DNA from: an uncultured bacterium
GTDB lineage: Bacteria > Krumholzibacteriota > Krumholzibacteriia > LZORAL124-64-63
Assembly (NCBI GenBank): GCA_937864225.1
Contig: CALMJK010000004.1
Coordinates: forward strand, 11,700-75,699
DNA length: 64,000 nucleotides
Direction of reading: 5' to 3'
Part shown: positions 1-14,140 of the stretch, in pieces
How positions within the stretch are numbered: the stretch's first letter is position 1
Layout: every line of letters starts with the position of its first letter
Translations under genes and position numbers: made by a program
Notes under the pieces: model-generated
What the model was told of the DNA's origin: nothing
Seen by the model: only the letters and a program-made list of their open reading frames with translations
Database searches by the model: none

Positions 1-2
1 TG

Positions 3-494
3 CAAAAGGTGATGATCCTCTCGCCCGGCGACACGAACTTCCTGGAGGGGGAACAGGTGCCCAAGCAGGCGATCGAGGAGGCCAACGACGAGATTCGGGT
101 CCGCAACCACGACCTGGCCGAGAAGGGGGAGCCGCTCCTGGAGCCGGCGACGTTCGAGCCGCTGCTGCTGGGCATCACCAAGGCCAGCCTGACAACCGAC
201 AGCTTCATCAGCGCGGCGAGCTTCCAGGAGACCACGCGGGTCCTGACGGACGCGGCCACTCGCAGCAAACGCGACGAGCTGCGGAGCCTGAAGGAGAACG
301 TGATCATGGGGCATCTCATCTCCGCCGGCACGGGCATGGCCGAGTACAAGTCGTTGGCCGTGTCGGACCCCGAGGCGGAGGAGGGCCTGATCACGGACGC
401 CATCGCGGCCATGGAACTGGCTGCACAGCAACAAGTTGACACTGGGGGCGAGGACACGGAGCTGTCCGCCGCCGAGGATTTGGACCTTGGCTGA
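3..494 (+). CDS. rpoC: DNA-directed RNA polymerase subunit beta' (C-terminal fragment; 5' end outside window)
   Basis: Frame is open from window start; C-terminal beta' motifs (..[13 protein letters not shown]..) and position immediately upstream of rpsL. Confidence 0.85.
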   Translation, partial: QKVMILSPGDTNFLEGEQVPKQAIEEANDEIRVRNHDLAEKGEPLLEPATFEPLLLGITKASLTTDSFISAASFQETTRVLTDAATRSKRDELRSLKENVIMGHLISAGTGMAEYKSLAVSDPEAEEGLITDAIAAMELAAQQQVDTGGEDTELSAAEDLDLG

Positions 495-523
495 GGGCCG
501 CGGGCCCGGGCTCCTGACGCCGC

Positions 524-552
524 TTGACAAGCGGGTAGGCCGGAATTACGAT
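524..552 (+). promoter_or_regulatory. sigma70-like promoter candidate for str operon (TTGACA-N17-TACGAT)
   Basis: TTGACA at 524-529, 17-nt spacer, TACGAT at 547-552, ~100 nt upstream of rpsL start in rpoC-rpsL intergenic region. Confidence 0.35.
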
Positions 553-649
553 TAGCGGTCTGTTCGCCGGGCCCTGGAGAGGGGCGCGGGCGGGAGAATG
601 CGTTGAATCAGCAAGCCGACGGACAGCCGGCAAGGGGAGAAGAAGCGTT

Positions 650-1024
<375 letters not shown>

Positions 1025-1028
1025 GTCC

Positions 1029-1499
1029 ATGCCGAGGCGCAGGCAAGCAGTCAAGAGGCCGACGCCCCCGGATGCCCGCTACGGCGACGCGTCCGTGACG
1101 AAGTTCATCAACTACGTCATGACGCGGGGCAAGCGCGGCCTGGCCGAGAGCATGGTCTATCGTGCCTTTGACATCGTCAAGGACAAGACGGGCCAGGAAG
1201 GCGTCGAGATCTTCCGCGTGGCCCTGAACAACGTTAAACCCAGCCTCGAGGTGAAGTCGCGGCGCATCGGCGGTGCCACCTACCAGGTGCCCGTGGAAGT
1301 CCGTCAGGAACGGCGGACGATGCTGGCGATGCGCTGGCTCATCGGCTTCTCGCGCACGCGCGCGGAACGCTCCTTCTCCGAGCGGCTGGCTGCCGAGCTG
1401 ATGCTGGCGAGCAAGAACGAAGGACCGTCTATCAAGAAGCGCGAGGACACCCACAAGATGGCGGAAGCGAACAAGGCGTTCGCCCACTGCCGGTGGTAA
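1029..1499 (+). CDS. rpsG: 30S ribosomal protein S7
   Basis: 156 aa, classic S7 N-terminus MPRRR...KFINYVM. Confidence 0.96.
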   Translation: MPRRRQAVKRPTPPDARYGDASVTKFINYVMTRGKRGLAESMVYRAFDIVKDKTGQEGVEIFRVALNNVKPSLEVKSRRIGGATYQVPVEVRQERRTMLAMRWLIGFSRTRAERSFSERLAAELMLASKNEGPSIKKREDTHKMAEANKAFAHCRW

Positions 1500-1676
1500 T
1501 GGTCCCTCTCGTTTTCGCCGGCGCCCGGTCGCAGTGAAGGCACCTACAACGCCATAGCCGATTCCGCCGCAACAGGATGTCGGTGGCCGGCACAGGAGAC
1601 GGGCAGACCCCCGAGGGGCGCGGCCCGCGTAGAAATTTTGCGGCACGGGCCGCAGGCCCTGGGCGGAGCCAGTGAA

Positions 1677-3758
<2,082 letters not shown>

Positions 3759-3795
3759 GCGCTCCCCACGAATCGCAGGAGGAGGTCGACCGCCG

Positions 3796-4989
3796 ATGGC
3801 GCGCGAGAAGTTTCAGAGGACGAAGGAACATGTGAACGTCGGGACGATCGGTCACGTGGACCACGGGAAGACGACGCTGACGGCGGCCATCACGAAGGTG
3901 CTGGCGACGAAGGGGCTGGCGAGTTTCGTCCCGTTCGACCAGATCGACAAGGCACCCGAGGAGCGGGAGCGAGGGATCACGATCGCGACGGCGCACGTGG
4001 AGTACCAGAGCGAGACTCGTCACTACGCGCACGTGGACTGTCCTGGCCACGCGGACTACGTGAAGAACATGATCACGGGCGCGGCTCAGATGGACGGGGC
4101 GGTGCTGGTGGTGTCGGCTCCGGACGGACCGATGCCCCAGACGCGAGAGCACATCTTGTTGGCGCGTCAGGTGGGAGTCCCGTACATCATCGTGTTCATG
4201 AACAAGGTGGACATGGTGGACGATCCGGAGCTTTTGGAACTGGTGGAGCTGGAAGTCCGGGAGCTGCTGACGAAGTACGAGTTTCCTGGGGATGAGACGC
4301 CGATCATCAAGGGTTCGGCGTTGAAGGCGTTGGAGAGCGGGGATCCGAACTCACCGGACACGCAGTGTGTGTTCGAGCTGCTCAAGGCGCTGGACGAGTA
4401 CATTCCGGTGCCGGAGCGGGCGTTGGACAAGCCGTTTTTGATGCCCGTGGAGGACGTGTTTTCGATCTCTGGCCGCGGGACGGTGGGCACGGGCCGCATC
4501 GAGCGCGGGATCGTCAAGACGGGCGAAGCGGTGGAGATCGTGGGGATCCGGGACCTCCAGAAGACGGTGGTGACCGGGGTGGAGATGTTCCGGAAGATCC
4601 TGGACGAGGGACGCGCGGGCGACAACGTGGGGCTGTTGCTGCGTGGGATGAAGAAGGAAGACATCGAGCGTGGGATGGTGATCTGCAAGCCTGGGTCGGT
4701 GACGCCGCACACGAAGTTCGAGGCGGAAGTGTACGTGCTGACGAAGGAGGAGGGCGGGCGTCACACGCCGTTCTTCACGGGCTATCGTCCGCAGTTCTAC
4801 TTCCGGACGACGGACGTGACGGGGACGGCGGATCTTCCCGAGGGCGTGGAGATGGTAATGCCGGGTGACAACATCAAGATGGTGGTGACGTTGATCACGC
4901 CGATCGCGATGGAAGAGAAGCTGCGGTTCGCGATCCGGGAGGGCGGCCGGACGGTCGGTTCGGGCGTCGTCGCCAAGATCATCGCGTAG
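3796..4989 (+). CDS. tuf: elongation factor Tu
   Basis: ATG at residue 36 of ORF 3691, AGGAGG SD; [27 protein letters not shown], 397 aa. Confidence 0.97.
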   Translation: MAREKFQRTKEHVNVGTIGHVDHGKTTLTAAITKVLATKGLASFVPFDQIDKAPEERERGITIATAHVEYQSETRHYAHVDCPGHADYVKNMITGAAQMDGAVLVVSAPDGPMPQTREHILLARQVGVPYIIVFMNKVDMVDDPELLELVELEVRELLTKYEFPGDETPIIKGSALKALESGDPNSPDTQCVFELLKALDEYIPVPERALDKPFLMPVEDVFSISGRGTVGTGRIERGIVKTGEAVEIVGIRDLQKTVVTGVEMFRKILDEGRAGDNVGLLLRGMKKEDIERGMVICKPGSVTPHTKFEAEVYVLTKEEGGRHTPFFTGYRPQFYFRTTDVTGTADLPEGVEMVMPGDNIKMVVTLITPIAMEEKLRFAIREGGRTVGSGVVAKIIA

Positions 4990-4992
4990 CAG

Positions 4993-5014
4993 CGCCGCCC
5001 GGACGAGGGCGGCG
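4993..5014 (+). terminator. GC-rich hairpin after tuf (possible str-operon terminator / S10 leader structure)
   Basis: cgccgccc-ggacga-gggcggcg stem-loop directly after tuf stop, followed by palindromic cgccggcg copies; no U-tract. Confidence 0.25.
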
Positions 5015-5083
5015 GCGAAAGGTGAGCAGGCGCCGGCGTTCGCCGGCGAAGCTGGAGTAGCCATCGCAAAGCAAGGAGAAGAC

Positions 5084-5392
<309 letters not shown>

Positions 5393-5429
5393 CGGCCGCG
5401 AGCCGACCCGCGGGACAAGGGAGCGATAG

Positions 5430-6050
5430 ATGAAGGGACTGATCGGCAAGAAAATCGGCATGACCCGCCAGTGGGACGACAGCGGACGGTCCGTGCCGGT
5501 CACTGTGATCGAGGCAGGCCCCTGCGTCGTGACGCAGGTCAAGACGACCGCCAGCGACGGCTACGACGCCGTGCAGTTGGGCTTCGGCAAGGCCAAGCCG
5601 AAGAACACGCCGCTGCCGGTGCAGGGCCACTGCCGCAAGGCGGGCGTCGACGCGCTGCGCGTGCTGACGGAGTTCCCGACCGAGGGCGTGTCCGGGCTCA
5701 AGCTGGGCGACCGCGTCGACGTGTCCTGCCTGCAGGGCGTGGAGATGGTTGACGTGACCGGCACCACCAAGGGACGCGGCTTCGCCGGCACGATTAAGCG
5801 TTGGAATTTCCACCGGGGGCCCGCGGGCCACGGCAGCAAGAACATCCGCGAGCCTGGCTCCATCGGCATGCACACGAAGCCGGGCCGCACGGTCAAGGGC
5901 AAGAAGCTGCCGGGACACTACGGCGCGAAGCGCGAAACGAAGAAGAACCTGACCGTCGTCAGGATCGATGCGGAGCGCAATCTGCTGCTGGTCAAGGGCA
6001 GCGTCCCGGGCAGCAAGAACGGCATCGTTTTCATCCGGCCGAGCCGCTGA
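5430..6050 (+). CDS. rplC: 50S ribosomal protein L3
   Basis: [15 protein letters not shown]..., 206 aa. Confidence 0.96.
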   Translation: MKGLIGKKIGMTRQWDDSGRSVPVTVIEAGPCVVTQVKTTASDGYDAVQLGFGKAKPKNTPLPVQGHCRKAGVDALRVLTEFPTEGVSGLKLGDRVDVSCLQGVEMVDVTGTTKGRGFAGTIKRWNFHRGPAGHGSKNIREPGSIGMHTKPGRTVKGKKLPGHYGAKRETKKNLTVVRIDAERNLLLVKGSVPGSKNGIVFIRPSR

Positions 6051-6094
6051 GGCGGCCGCGCGGCCCGCGGGCCGCTGACCGACAGGGGAGACCG

Positions 6095-6730
6095 ATGGCA
6101 ACGGCGAACCTCTACAGCAGGACGGGCGAGGCGAAGGGCACCGTGAACCTGCCCGACGCTCTCTTCGCGCAGCCGGTGCACCGGCAGGCGCTCTGGGAGT
6201 CGGTGAAGTGCTACCGCGCCAACCAGCGCCAGGGCACGCACGACACCAAGACGCGCAGCGAGGTGGCCTACTCCGGCGCCAAGCTTTACCGGCAGAAGGG
6301 CACGGGCCGCGCGCGCGCCGGCGATGCCAAGTCTCCGACGCGCGTGGGCGGCGGCACCATCTTCGGACCTCACCCGCGCGACTACGCGACGCGGCTGCCC
6401 AAGAAGGTCAAGCGGCTGGCGCTGACGTCGGCCCTCAGCGACCGCGCTTTCTCCGAGCGGGTCTTCGTGGTCGAGGACTTCTCTCTCGAACAGCCGAAGA
6501 CTTCCGATCTGGCGAAGCTGCTCGCGCTGATGCCGCTGCAGGGCGCGCGGACGCTGTTCGTGCTGCCCCGCGAGCGCGAGGCGGATGTCCTCTGGAAGTC
6601 GCTGCGCAACATCCAGGGTGTCACGGTGCTGCGGCATAACGAGCTGAACCCGTACGAGATCCTCCGGGCGGACAACCTGGTTTTCACCCAAGCGGCTCTC
6701 GGCGGCGCCGAGGAGGTGTTCGGGTCGTGA
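6095..6730 (+). CDS. rplD: 50S ribosomal protein L4
   Basis: ATG at residue 99 of ORF 5801 (upstream part is R-rich artifact); 211 aa L4; stop overlaps rplW GTG (GTGA). Confidence 0.93.
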   Translation: MATANLYSRTGEAKGTVNLPDALFAQPVHRQALWESVKCYRANQRQGTHDTKTRSEVAYSGAKLYRQKGTGRARAGDAKSPTRVGGGTIFGPHPRDYATRLPKKVKRLALTSALSDRAFSERVFVVEDFSLEQPKTSDLAKLLALMPLQGARTLFVLPREREADVLWKSLRNIQGVTVLRHNELNPYEILRADNLVFTQAALGGAEEVFGS

Positions 6731-7017
6731 AAGACCTTAGCCAAATCATCCAGCGGCCGCTGGTGACCGAGCGCGGGGCCGACTTGCGGGAGAAGCACAA
6801 CCAGTACTTCTTCGCCGTCGCGCCAGACGCCAACAAGCACGAGATCAAGCAGGCCGTCGAGCATTTCTTCGGCGTGAAGGTCGTCGACGTGCGCACGCAG
6901 ATCCGCGCGGGCAAGAAGAAGCGCCTGGGACGCTTCGTCGGCTACCGCCCCGACTGGAAAAAGGCCATCGTCACACTGGCGGCCGAAGACACCATCGAGC
7001 TCTTCGACGTCGGTTGA
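6727..7017 (+). CDS. rplW: 50S ribosomal protein L23
   Basis: 96 aa, GTG start overlapping rplD stop. Confidence 0.94.
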   Translation: MKDLSQIIQRPLVTERGADLREKHNQYFFAVAPDANKHEIKQAVEHFFGVKVVDVRTQIRAGKKKRLGRFVGYRPDWKKAIVTLAAEDTIELFDVG

Positions 7018-7076
7018 TCAGGGACTGCCGGGGCCGTTAGCGCGGCCGCGCGGCGCCCAAGGAGAGTTGGACAGAG

Positions 7077-7904
7077 ATGGGGATCAAGAAGCTCAAGCCC
7101 GTCACCCCGAGCCAGCGCTTCCGCACGGTGAGCGACTTCAGCGAGCTCACCGCGAGCGCGCCCGAGAAGTCGCTGAGCGAGGGACTGCGCAAGACAGGCG
7201 GACGCAACAACCGCGGCCGCGTCACGGCGTTCCAGCGCGGCGGCGGACACAAGCGACGCTACCGGGTGATCGACTTCAAGCGCGACAAGCACGGAGTGCC
7301 GGCCCGCGTTGAAAGCATCGAGTACGACCCCAACCGCAGCGGACGCATCGCCCTGCTGATCTACGCGGACGGCGAGAAGCGGTACATCATCTGGCCCAAC
7401 GGCCTGAAGGTCGGGGACAGCGTCGTCGCGGGCGAGGACGCCGCCTTCAATGTCGGCAACGCGCTGCCGCTGGGGCAGATCCCGCTGGGCACGATGGTCC
7501 ACAACGTGGAGTTGCAACTCGGCAGGGGCGGGCAGATGGCCCGCAGCGCCGGCTCCTACGCCCAGGTCATGGCCAAGGAAGGGGAGTACGTCACGCTGCG
7601 CCTGCCCAGCGGCGAGGTGCGCAGGGTGCATCGCCGCTGCTACGGCACCATCGGCGAGGTCGGCAACGCCGAGCACGAGAACGTTGTCATCGGCAAGGCT
7701 GGCAAATCGCGCTGGTTGGGCTGGCGGCCGCACGTGCGCGGCGTGGCAATGAACCCCTTCGACCATCCGCACGGCGGCGGCGAGGGACGCACGTCGGGCG
7801 GCCGGCATCCCACGACGCCGTGGGGCAAACCGACCAAGGGATACAAGACTCGCAAGCGCAAGCCGTCCGACGCCTTCATCGTGCGGCGGCGCAACGCCAA
7901 GTAG
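7077..7904 (+). CDS. rplB: 50S ribosomal protein L2
   Basis: 275 aa, [15 protein letters not shown]... Confidence 0.97.
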   Translation: MGIKKLKPVTPSQRFRTVSDFSELTASAPEKSLSEGLRKTGGRNNRGRVTAFQRGGGHKRRYRVIDFKRDKHGVPARVESIEYDPNRSGRIALLIYADGEKRYIIWPNGLKVGDSVVAGEDAAFNVGNALPLGQIPLGTMVHNVELQLGRGGQMARSAGSYAQVMAKEGEYVTLRLPSGEVRRVHRRCYGTIGEVGNAEHENVVIGKAGKSRWLGWRPHVRGVAMNPFDHPHGGGEGRTSGGRHPTTPWGKPTKGYKTRKRKPSDAFIVRRRNAK

Positions 7905-7955
7905 CGTCACGGGCCCGCGCGGCGCGCGGGTCGGACGGGAGAGGATGCAGTCGGC

Positions 7956-8228
7956 ATGACGCGTTCCATCAAGAAGGGCCCCTTCGTCAACGAGCCTCTG
8001 CTGCACAAGGTGGAGGAACTCAACGCCAAGGGCGAGAAGCGGGTCGTCAAGACCTGGGCGCGCAGGGGCACGATCGTTCCGGAGTACATCGGGCACACGC
8101 TTGCCGTGCACAACGGCAAACAGTTCATCCCGGTCTACGTCCAGGAAAACATGGTCGGTCACAAGCTCGGAGAATTCGCGCCCACGCGGACCTTCCGCGG
8201 GCACACGGGCAAGGACAAGAAGAAGTAA
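7956..8228 (+). CDS. rpsS: 30S ribosomal protein S19
   Basis: 90 aa, [11 protein letters not shown]... Confidence 0.97.
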   Translation: MTRSIKKGPFVNEPLLHKVEELNAKGEKRVVKTWARRGTIVPEYIGHTLAVHNGKQFIPVYVQENMVGHKLGEFAPTRTFRGHTGKDKKK

Positions 8229-8250
8229 GAGCCGGCGGAGGTTGGGAGCG

Positions 8251-8592
8251 ATGGAGTCCCGAGCAGTTGCGCGCTACGTTCGCATCTCGCCGCGCAAGGC
8301 GCGGCTGGTGGCGGATCTAGTGCGCGGCAAGAGCGTGGAGCAGGCCCTGGGCATCCTGGCGCTGACGCCGAAGAAGGCGTCGCCGGTGCTCCGGAAGGCC
8401 ATCCTGTCCGCGGCGGCCAATCTCAAGCCCGAGGAGGGCGTCAAGCACGACCACGCCCACCTCTTGGTCAAGGACGTTCGCGTGGATTCGGGGCCGATGC
8501 AGAAGCGGATCCGCCCGCGCGCCCAGGGGCGCGCCTACCGGATCCTGAAGCGGACAAGCCACATCAAGGTCACGGTGGCTTTCGTCGCCTAG
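8251..8592 (+). CDS. rplV: 50S ribosomal protein L22
   Basis: ATG at residue 51 of ORF 8101; [20 protein letters not shown]... Confidence 0.94.
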   Translation: MESRAVARYVRISPRKARLVADLVRGKSVEQALGILALTPKKASPVLRKAILSAAANLKPEEGVKHDHAHLLVKDVRVDSGPMQKRIRPRAQGRAYRILKRTSHIKVTVAFVA

Positions 8593-8674
8593 AAGATGCA
8601 TGGCCGGCGGGCCCGCGCCGTCGGCGACACCCGGCGCCTGCAGGGGCCCGGGCCCGAGAGGGAAAGGAAAGCAA

Positions 8675-9349
8675 ATGGGTCAGAAGACGCATCCGGTGGG
8701 TTTCCGGTTGGGAATCGTCCGGGACTGGAACTCGACCTGGTTCGCCGGGAAGGGTTACTCCGACTGGCTCAACGAGGACCTGCTGCTGCGCCGCTACATT
8801 CTCAAGCGCCTCGACGGCGCCGGTGTCGCCTGGATCAAGATCCGGCGCTATCGCGAGAAGGTGACGATCGTGGTCGGCACCAGCCGCCCCGGGGTCGTCA
8901 TCGGGCGCAAGGGCCAGAAAGCGGACCAGTTGAAGGCCGAGCTGCAGAAGATGATCAGCAAAGATGTCAAGCTGGACATCGAGGAGATCAAGAAGCCGGA
9001 ACTGTCGGCCCCGCTGGTGGCCGAGCACGTCGCGGCGCAGCTCACCGGAAGGGTTTCGTTCCGTCGCGCGATGAAGAAGTCCATCGCGACGGCCATGCGC
9101 ATGGGCGCGCGGGGCATCAAGGTCCGCTGCGCGGGCCGTCTCGGGGGAGCCGAGATGGCGCGCGTGGAGAACTACAAGGACGGCAGCGTCCCGCTGCACA
9201 CGTTGCGCGCCGACATCGACTACGGCACGGCCACGGCTCTCACGACCTACGGGACGATCGGCGTGAAGGTCTGGATCTGCAAGGGCGAGGTGTTCCCGGC
9301 GGATTTCAGGAACCAACTGCGGAACACCATGCACGAGGATCGGGGCTGA
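8675..9349 (+). CDS. rpsC: 30S ribosomal protein S3
   Basis: ATG at residue 26 of ORF 8600; [14 protein letters not shown]..., 224 aa. Confidence 0.95.
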   Translation: MGQKTHPVGFRLGIVRDWNSTWFAGKGYSDWLNEDLLLRRYILKRLDGAGVAWIKIRRYREKVTIVVGTSRPGVVIGRKGQKADQLKAELQKMISKDVKLDIEEIKKPELSAPLVAEHVAAQLTGRVSFRRAMKKSIATAMRMGARGIKVRCAGRLGGAEMARVENYKDGSVPLHTLRADIDYGTATALTTYGTIGVKVWICKGEVFPADFRNQLRNTMHEDRG

Positions 9350-9420
9350 TCCCCCCCGGAACGGGGCCCTGACGGCGAGGCGGCCGGACGGTCGCCGACC
9401 CGGCGGAAGGACGACGAACC

Positions 9421-9834
9421 ATGTTGATGCCGAAGAGGACGAAGTTCCGGAAGATGATGAAGGGCAACCGCAACGGTTTCGCGTGGCGGGGGTCGAACGT
9501 GTCGTTCGGGGATTTCGGCCTGCAGGCGCTCGAGCCGGCCTGGCTCAAGGCGCGGCAGATCGAGGCGGCCCGTATCGCGATCACGCGGCGCATGAGGCGC
9601 GTCGGCAAGGTCTGGATCCGCGTGTTCCCGGACAAGCCGATCACGCTCAAGCCGGCCGAAACGCGCATGGGCAAGGGCAAGGGCAACCCCGAATACTGGG
9701 TCGCGGTCGTCAAGCCGGGCCGCATCATCTTCGAGATCAACGGTGTAACGGCCGATGTCGCGAAGACGGCCCTCAACCTGGGCGCCTCGAAGTTGCCGTT
9801 CAAGACGCGCATCGTCGCTCGGGAGGGTGAGTGA
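9421..9834 (+). CDS. rplP: 50S ribosomal protein L16
   Basis: 137 aa, [11 protein letters not shown]... Confidence 0.96.
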   Translation: MLMPKRTKFRKMMKGNRNGFAWRGSNVSFGDFGLQALEPAWLKARQIEAARIAITRRMRRVGKVWIRVFPDKPITLKPAETRMGKGKGNPEYWVAVVKPGRIIFEINGVTADVAKTALNLGASKLPFKTRIVAREGE

Positions 9835-9835
9835 G

Positions 9836-10036
9836 ATGGCGAAGAAGGCCCACGATCTGCGCGAGATGACCGTGGCCGAACTGGAGGGCCTGGTCCGCGA
9901 GCGGTCCGAGGACTTGCTCAATGCTCGCATGAAGCTGCGCATGCGCCAGTTGGACAATCCGCTCTCGGTGCGCAACCTGCGCCGAGAGCTCGCGGTGATC
10001 AAGACCGTGATCGCGGAGAAGCGGGCCGCCGGTTGA
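9836..10036 (+). CDS. rpmC: 50S ribosomal protein L29
   Basis: ATG at residue 28 of ORF 9755; 66 aa [18 protein letters not shown]... Confidence 0.92.
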   Translation: MAKKAHDLREMTVAELEGLVRERSEDLLNARMKLRMRQLDNPLSVRNLRRELAVIKTVIAEKRAAG

Positions 10037-10092
10037 GCGCGGCCCGGCCAGCCGCTCCGGGGCGAAGGGCCGCCGGAGCAGGGAGAGCCGAC

Positions 10093-10362
10093 ATGGAAGA
10101 AAACAGTCAGGGCCGGAACCTCAGGATGGTGCGCATCGGGCGCGTCGTGTCCAGCGACATGGACAAGACGATCGTGGTGCGCGTCGACCGCCGCATCCAA
10201 CACCCGCTCTACAAGCGGATCGTCAGCCGCTCCTCCAAGCTCTACGCCCACGACGAGGCGAACGAGTGCAAGGTCGGCGACGTGGTCAAGGTCATGTCCA
10301 CGCGGCCGCTCTCGAAGACTAAGCGCTGGCGGGTCGCCGAGATCATTGAGCGGGCCAAGTAG
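10093..10362 (+). CDS. rpsQ: 30S ribosomal protein S17
   Basis: ATG at residue 21 of ORF 10033; 89 aa. Confidence 0.93.
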   Translation: MEENSQGRNLRMVRIGRVVSSDMDKTIVVRVDRRIQHPLYKRIVSRSSKLYAHDEANECKVGDVVKVMSTRPLSKTKRWRVAEIIERAK

Positions 10363-10383
10363 GCGGCCCGGAGGTCAAACGTC

Positions 10384-10752
10384 ATGATTCAGGAATACAC
10401 GATGCTCACAATCGCCGACAACTCGGGCGCGAAAACCGCCCGCTGCATCCGCGTTCTGGGCGGATCCGGCCGGCGTTACGCCCACGTCGGCGACGTCATC
10501 GTCGTGACCATCAAGTCGGTGATTCCCAACAGCAACTACAAGAAGGGGCAGGTGGCCAAGGCGGTGGTGGTCCGCACCAAGAAGGAGATCGGACGCAAGG
10601 ACGGCTCCTACATCCGCTTCGGAGAGAACGCCGCGGTCATCATCAACGATGATCGGGAGCCGGTCGGCACCCGCATCTTCGGCCCGGTGGCGCGAGAGCT
10701 GCGCGATCAGCGATTCATGAAGATCGTGTCGCTGGCGCCGGAGGTCCTCTGA
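10384..10752 (+). CDS. rplN: 50S ribosomal protein L14
   Basis: 122 aa MIQEYTML... Confidence 0.97.
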   Translation: MIQEYTMLTIADNSGAKTARCIRVLGGSGRRYAHVGDVIVVTIKSVIPNSNYKKGQVAKAVVVRTKKEIGRKDGSYIRFGENAAVIINDDREPVGTRIFGPVARELRDQRFMKIVSLAPEVL

Positions 10753-11063
10753 TGCACATTCGGAAGAACGACAAGGTCCGGATCCTTTCCGGCAACGACA
10801 AGGGCAAGACGGGCCAGGTGTTGAAGGTCTTCCCGGACAAGGGAAAGGTCATCGTCGCCAAGGTGAACCTGATCAAGCGCCACACGCGACGCAGCCAGAA
10901 TCTGCCGCAGGGCGGCATCATCGAGAAGGAAGGCCCCATCAACGTCTCCAACGTGATGCTGATCTGTCCGAAGTGCGGCGAAGCCGCCCGAACGGGACAC
11001 TCCGCGCTTGCCGACGGTTCCCGGGCGCGGTTGTGCCGCAGCTGCGGCGAGATGGTGGACTAG
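10752..11063 (+). CDS. rplX: 50S ribosomal protein L24, with C-terminal CxxC...CxxC zinc-ribbon-like tail
   Basis: KOW motif ([10 protein letters not shown]) plus C-terminal CPKCGE...CRSCGE; start overlaps rplN stop (TGATG). Confidence 0.93.
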   Translation: MHIRKNDKVRILSGNDKGKTGQVLKVFPDKGKVIVAKVNLIKRHTRRSQNLPQGGIIEKEGPINVSNVMLICPKCGEAARTGHSALADGSRARLCRSCGEMVD

Positions 11064-11088
11064 GCGAGGCAGGGGAGAGAAGCGAGCC

Positions 11089-11679
11089 ATGGCGAAGAAA
11101 AAGGACAAGGCAGTGCCCGAGCAGCCGGCCGGTCCCCGGCCCAAGCCGCGCCTGCGCGTGCACTACGAGGAAGCCATCGTGCCGGCCCTGAGGGAGAAAT
11201 TCGGGTACGACAACCCGATGCGGATCCCGCGGCCGACCAAGGTCGTGCTCAACATGGGCATGGGTCGCGCGACGCAAAACCCCAAGCTCCTGGAGGGCGC
11301 CTTGGCGGATCTGGCGACGATCACCGGGCAGAAGCCCGTGAAGACGCTCGCCAAGAAGTCCATCTCGAACTTCAAGATCCGCCAGGGGATGGCGATCGGC
11401 GCGCGCGTGACGCTGCGCGGGGAGCGCATGTGGGAATTCCTGGACCGGTTCATCAACCTGGCCCTGCCGCGGCTGCGCGATTTCAGGGGAGTGCCGGCGA
11501 AATTCAGCGGCTCCGGCGACTACACGTTGGGGCTGAAGGACCAGATGGTGTTCCCGGAGATCGACTACGACAAGGTCGATGCACCGCGCGGCATGAACCT
11601 GACAATCGTGACGACGGCCCGCAATGACGAAGAGAGCCGGGAACTGCTCAAGCTCATGGGAATGCCGTTCCGGCGCTAG
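11089..11679 (+). CDS. rplE: 50S ribosomal protein L5 (N-terminal Lys/Pro-rich extension)
   Basis: ATG at residue 28 of ORF 11008; 196 aa. Confidence 0.93.
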   Translation: MAKKKDKAVPEQPAGPRPKPRLRVHYEEAIVPALREKFGYDNPMRIPRPTKVVLNMGMGRATQNPKLLEGALADLATITGQKPVKTLAKKSISNFKIRQGMAIGARVTLRGERMWEFLDRFINLALPRLRDFRGVPAKFSGSGDYTLGLKDQMVFPEIDYDKVDAPRGMNLTIVTTARNDEESRELLKLMGMPFRR

Positions 11680-11693
11680 GAGGAGGACGAGAC

Positions 11694-11879
11694 TTGGCCA
11701 AGAAATCCCTCATCGCCAAGGCCAACCGGACGCCGAAGTTCAAGGTCAGGCGCTACAACCGTTGCCGCCGCTGCGGACGGCCTCGCGCCTATCTCAGGCG
11801 TTTCGGAATCTGTAGGATCTGCTTCCGGGAGTTGGCGCTGCGAGGCGACCTCCCGGGCGTGGTCAAGGCGAGCTGGTAA
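11694..11879 (+). CDS. rpsZ: 30S ribosomal protein S14 type Z (zinc-binding C+ form)
   Basis: 61 aa, CRRCGR...CRIC. Confidence 0.95.
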   Translation: MAKKSLIAKANRTPKFKVRRYNRCRRCGRPRAYLRRFGICRICFRELALRGDLPGVVKASW

Positions 11880-11902
11880 AGCGCAGCGAGGAGCTGATTG
11901 GC

Positions 11903-12310
11903 ATGAGCATGACCGATCCCATCGCGGACATGTTGACGCGCATCCGCAACGCCACGCGCGCCGGGCACCGCAAGGTGGACATCCCGGCCTCGAACCCGAA
12001 GCGCGCCGTCGCCCGCGTGCTCAAGGAGCAGGGGTACATCGCGGACGTCCAGGACGTGCCGCACGAAGCGCAGGGCTTGCTGCGCCTGACGCTCAAGTAC
12101 TACGAGCGGGACGGCAAGCGGACCGGCGTCATCGAGGGGATCCGCCGGGTCAGCACGCCCGGACGCCGGGTGTACGCCGACAAGGACAACATCCCGAAGG
12201 TTTGCGGAGGATACGGCATCTCGATCCTCTCGACGAATCGGGGCATCCTGACCGGCCACCAGTGCCGCGAGAGCGGCATCGGCGGCGAGGTGCTCTGCGA
12301 GGTCTGGTAA
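11903..12310 (+). CDS. rpsH: 30S ribosomal protein S8
   Basis: 135 aa MSMTDPIADMLTRIRNA... Confidence 0.96.
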   Translation: MSMTDPIADMLTRIRNATRAGHRKVDIPASNPKRAVARVLKEQGYIADVQDVPHEAQGLLRLTLKYYERDGKRTGVIEGIRRVSTPGRRVYADKDNIPKVCGGYGISILSTNRGILTGHQCRESGIGGEVLCEVW

Positions 12311-12341
12311 CAGGACAGCGCGGGCTACGGAGGAGCGGACC

Positions 12342-12881
12342 ATGTCGCGCATTGGCAGAAAGCCGATTCCCATCCCGGCGGGGGTGACCGTCGAGATCGA
12401 GGGCCAGACCTCGATCGTGAAGGGCCCCAAGGGCGAGTTGCGTCAGCACGTGCCGGCCGGTCTCGAATACGAGTTGACCGAAGGGCAGCTATGCATCCGC
12501 CGGCCGGACGACAGCAAGCCGATGAAGGCTCGGCACGGTCTGGTGCGCGCGTTGATCGCGAACCAGATCAAGGGCGTCACGGAAGGCTTCACGCGGGTTC
12601 TCGACATCATCGGCGTTGGTTACCGCGCCCAGGTGAAGGGGAACGAACTCGATCTGCAGTTGCAGTTCAGCCATCCGGTGACCTATCCGATTCCGGCCGG
12701 CGTCACGATCGTCTGTCCGGAGCCGACCCGCATCCTGGTGTCGGGAGCCGACAAGCAGCAGGTGGGACAGGTCGCGGCGGAGATCCGCGGCTTCCGTCCG
12801 CCCGAGCCCTACAAGGGCAAGGGCATCAAGTACGCGGACGAGATCATCATCCGGAAGGCCGGCAAGACCGCCGGCAAGTGA
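12342..12881 (+). CDS. rplF: 50S ribosomal protein L6
   Basis: 179 aa MSRIGRKPIPIP... Confidence 0.96.
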   Translation: MSRIGRKPIPIPAGVTVEIEGQTSIVKGPKGELRQHVPAGLEYELTEGQLCIRRPDDSKPMKARHGLVRALIANQIKGVTEGFTRVLDIIGVGYRAQVKGNELDLQLQFSHPVTYPIPAGVTIVCPEPTRILVSGADKQQVGQVAAEIRGFRPPEPYKGKGIKYADEIIIRKAGKTAGK

Positions 12882-12907
12882 CCTGACCGGGTCCGGAGGG
12901 CGAGGTC

Positions 12908-13285
12908 ATGATTACGACCAGCAAGCAGAGGAGAGAAGGGCGCCTGCGCCGCAAGGCGCGGGTGCGCCGCAAGGTGAACGGCACCCTGGAGCGCCCCCGG
13001 CTCTCGGTCTTCCGCAGCCACCGCGCGATCTACGCGCAGGTTGTCGACGACACGAAGGGCGCCACGTTGTTGGCCGCCAACAGTTTGAAGCTGGGCGGCG
13101 AAGATCCGGTGCCGGAGGGGCTGGCGGGCAAGTGCGCGGTCGCTTACCGCGTCGGCCGCCTGTTGGCCGTCCAGGCCCGGGAGAAGGGCATCGAGCGCCT
13201 CGTCTTCGATCGGGGCGGCTACCTCTACCACGGGCGCGTCGCCGCGCTGGCCCGAGGGGTCAGGGACGGCGGAATCCAGTTCTAG
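12908..13285 (+). CDS. rplR: 50S ribosomal protein L18
   Basis: 125 aa. Confidence 0.95.
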   Translation: MITTSKQRREGRLRRKARVRRKVNGTLERPRLSVFRSHRAIYAQVVDDTKGATLLAANSLKLGGEDPVPEGLAGKCAVAYRVGRLLAVQAREKGIERLVFDRGGYLYHGRVAALARGVRDGGIQF

Positions 13286-13317
13286 GCCTCTGAAGGCGAG
13301 ACGGGAGCGAGGTTCCG

Positions 13318-13959
13318 ATGGCTGAGATGACGAGACCCCCTCGCGGGGGCCGTGGGAGCACCAGCGGGCCGGCGAACCGGAACCGCAGGGGACCGGGCAT
13401 GGGCGGACCGCGTCGCGACGAGCGGCCCACCACGGCGACGCGCGAAGACCAGATGGATCTGCAGGAGAACGTGATCCACATCAACCGCGTGGCCAAGGTC
13501 GTCAAGGGCGGACGCAGGTTCAGCTTCAACGCGATCGTGACCGTCGGCGACGGCAAGGGTCGCGTGGGCGTCGCCCTGGGCAAGGCCAACGAAATCGCGG
13601 ACGCCATCCGCAAGGCCTCGGAGGCGGCGCGCGCGAGCCAGATCACGGTGCCGATACGCGACAACACGATCCCGTATGCCGTCATCGGACGCTTCGGGGC
13701 CAGCCGCGTCATGCTCAAGCCGGCCACGGCCGGCACCGGCGTCATCGCGGCGGGGGGTGTGCGCGCGATCCTGGAGTCGGTCGGGATCCGCAACATCCTG
13801 ACGAAGCAGTTCGGGTCGAGGAACCCGCACAACGTGGTCAAGGCCACGTTGGACGGATTGCGACAGCTGCGCTCCCCCGAGGAGATCGCCGCCAAGCGCG
13901 GGCTCACGGTGCGCGAGGTGTACGGTCTGCCGCCGAAGGAGGCTCCGGCCCATGAGTAG
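13318..13959 (+). CDS. rpsE: 30S ribosomal protein S5 (Arg/Gly-rich N-terminal extension)
   Basis: 213 aa; conserved core [17 protein letters not shown]... Confidence 0.94.
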   Translation: MAEMTRPPRGGRGSTSGPANRNRRGPGMGGPRRDERPTTATREDQMDLQENVIHINRVAKVVKGGRRFSFNAIVTVGDGKGRVGVALGKANEIADAIRKASEAARASQITVPIRDNTIPYAVIGRFGASRVMLKPATAGTGVIAAGGVRAILESVGIRNILTKQFGSRNPHNVVKATLDGLRQLRSPEEIAAKRGLTVREVYGLPPKEAPAHE

Positions 13960-14140
13960 CGGCAAGCTCAAGATCACCCAGGTGCGCAGTTTGGTGGGGC
14001 GGCCGCAGAAGCACCGCCGCGTCGTCTGGGCCCTGGGTCTGCGCCGCAACCAGACGTCCGTCGTCCACGACGACACGCCGTCCATTCGCGGCATGGTCCA
14101 GAAGGTCTGCCACCTCGTGACGGTCGAAGAGGTGAAGTGA
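13952..14140 (+). CDS. rpmD: 50S ribosomal protein L30
   Basis: 62 aa, overlaps rpsE end by 8 nt. Confidence 0.92.
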   Translation: MSSGKLKITQVRSLVGRPQKHRRVVWALGLRRNQTSVVHDDTPSIRGMVQKVCHLVTVEEVK

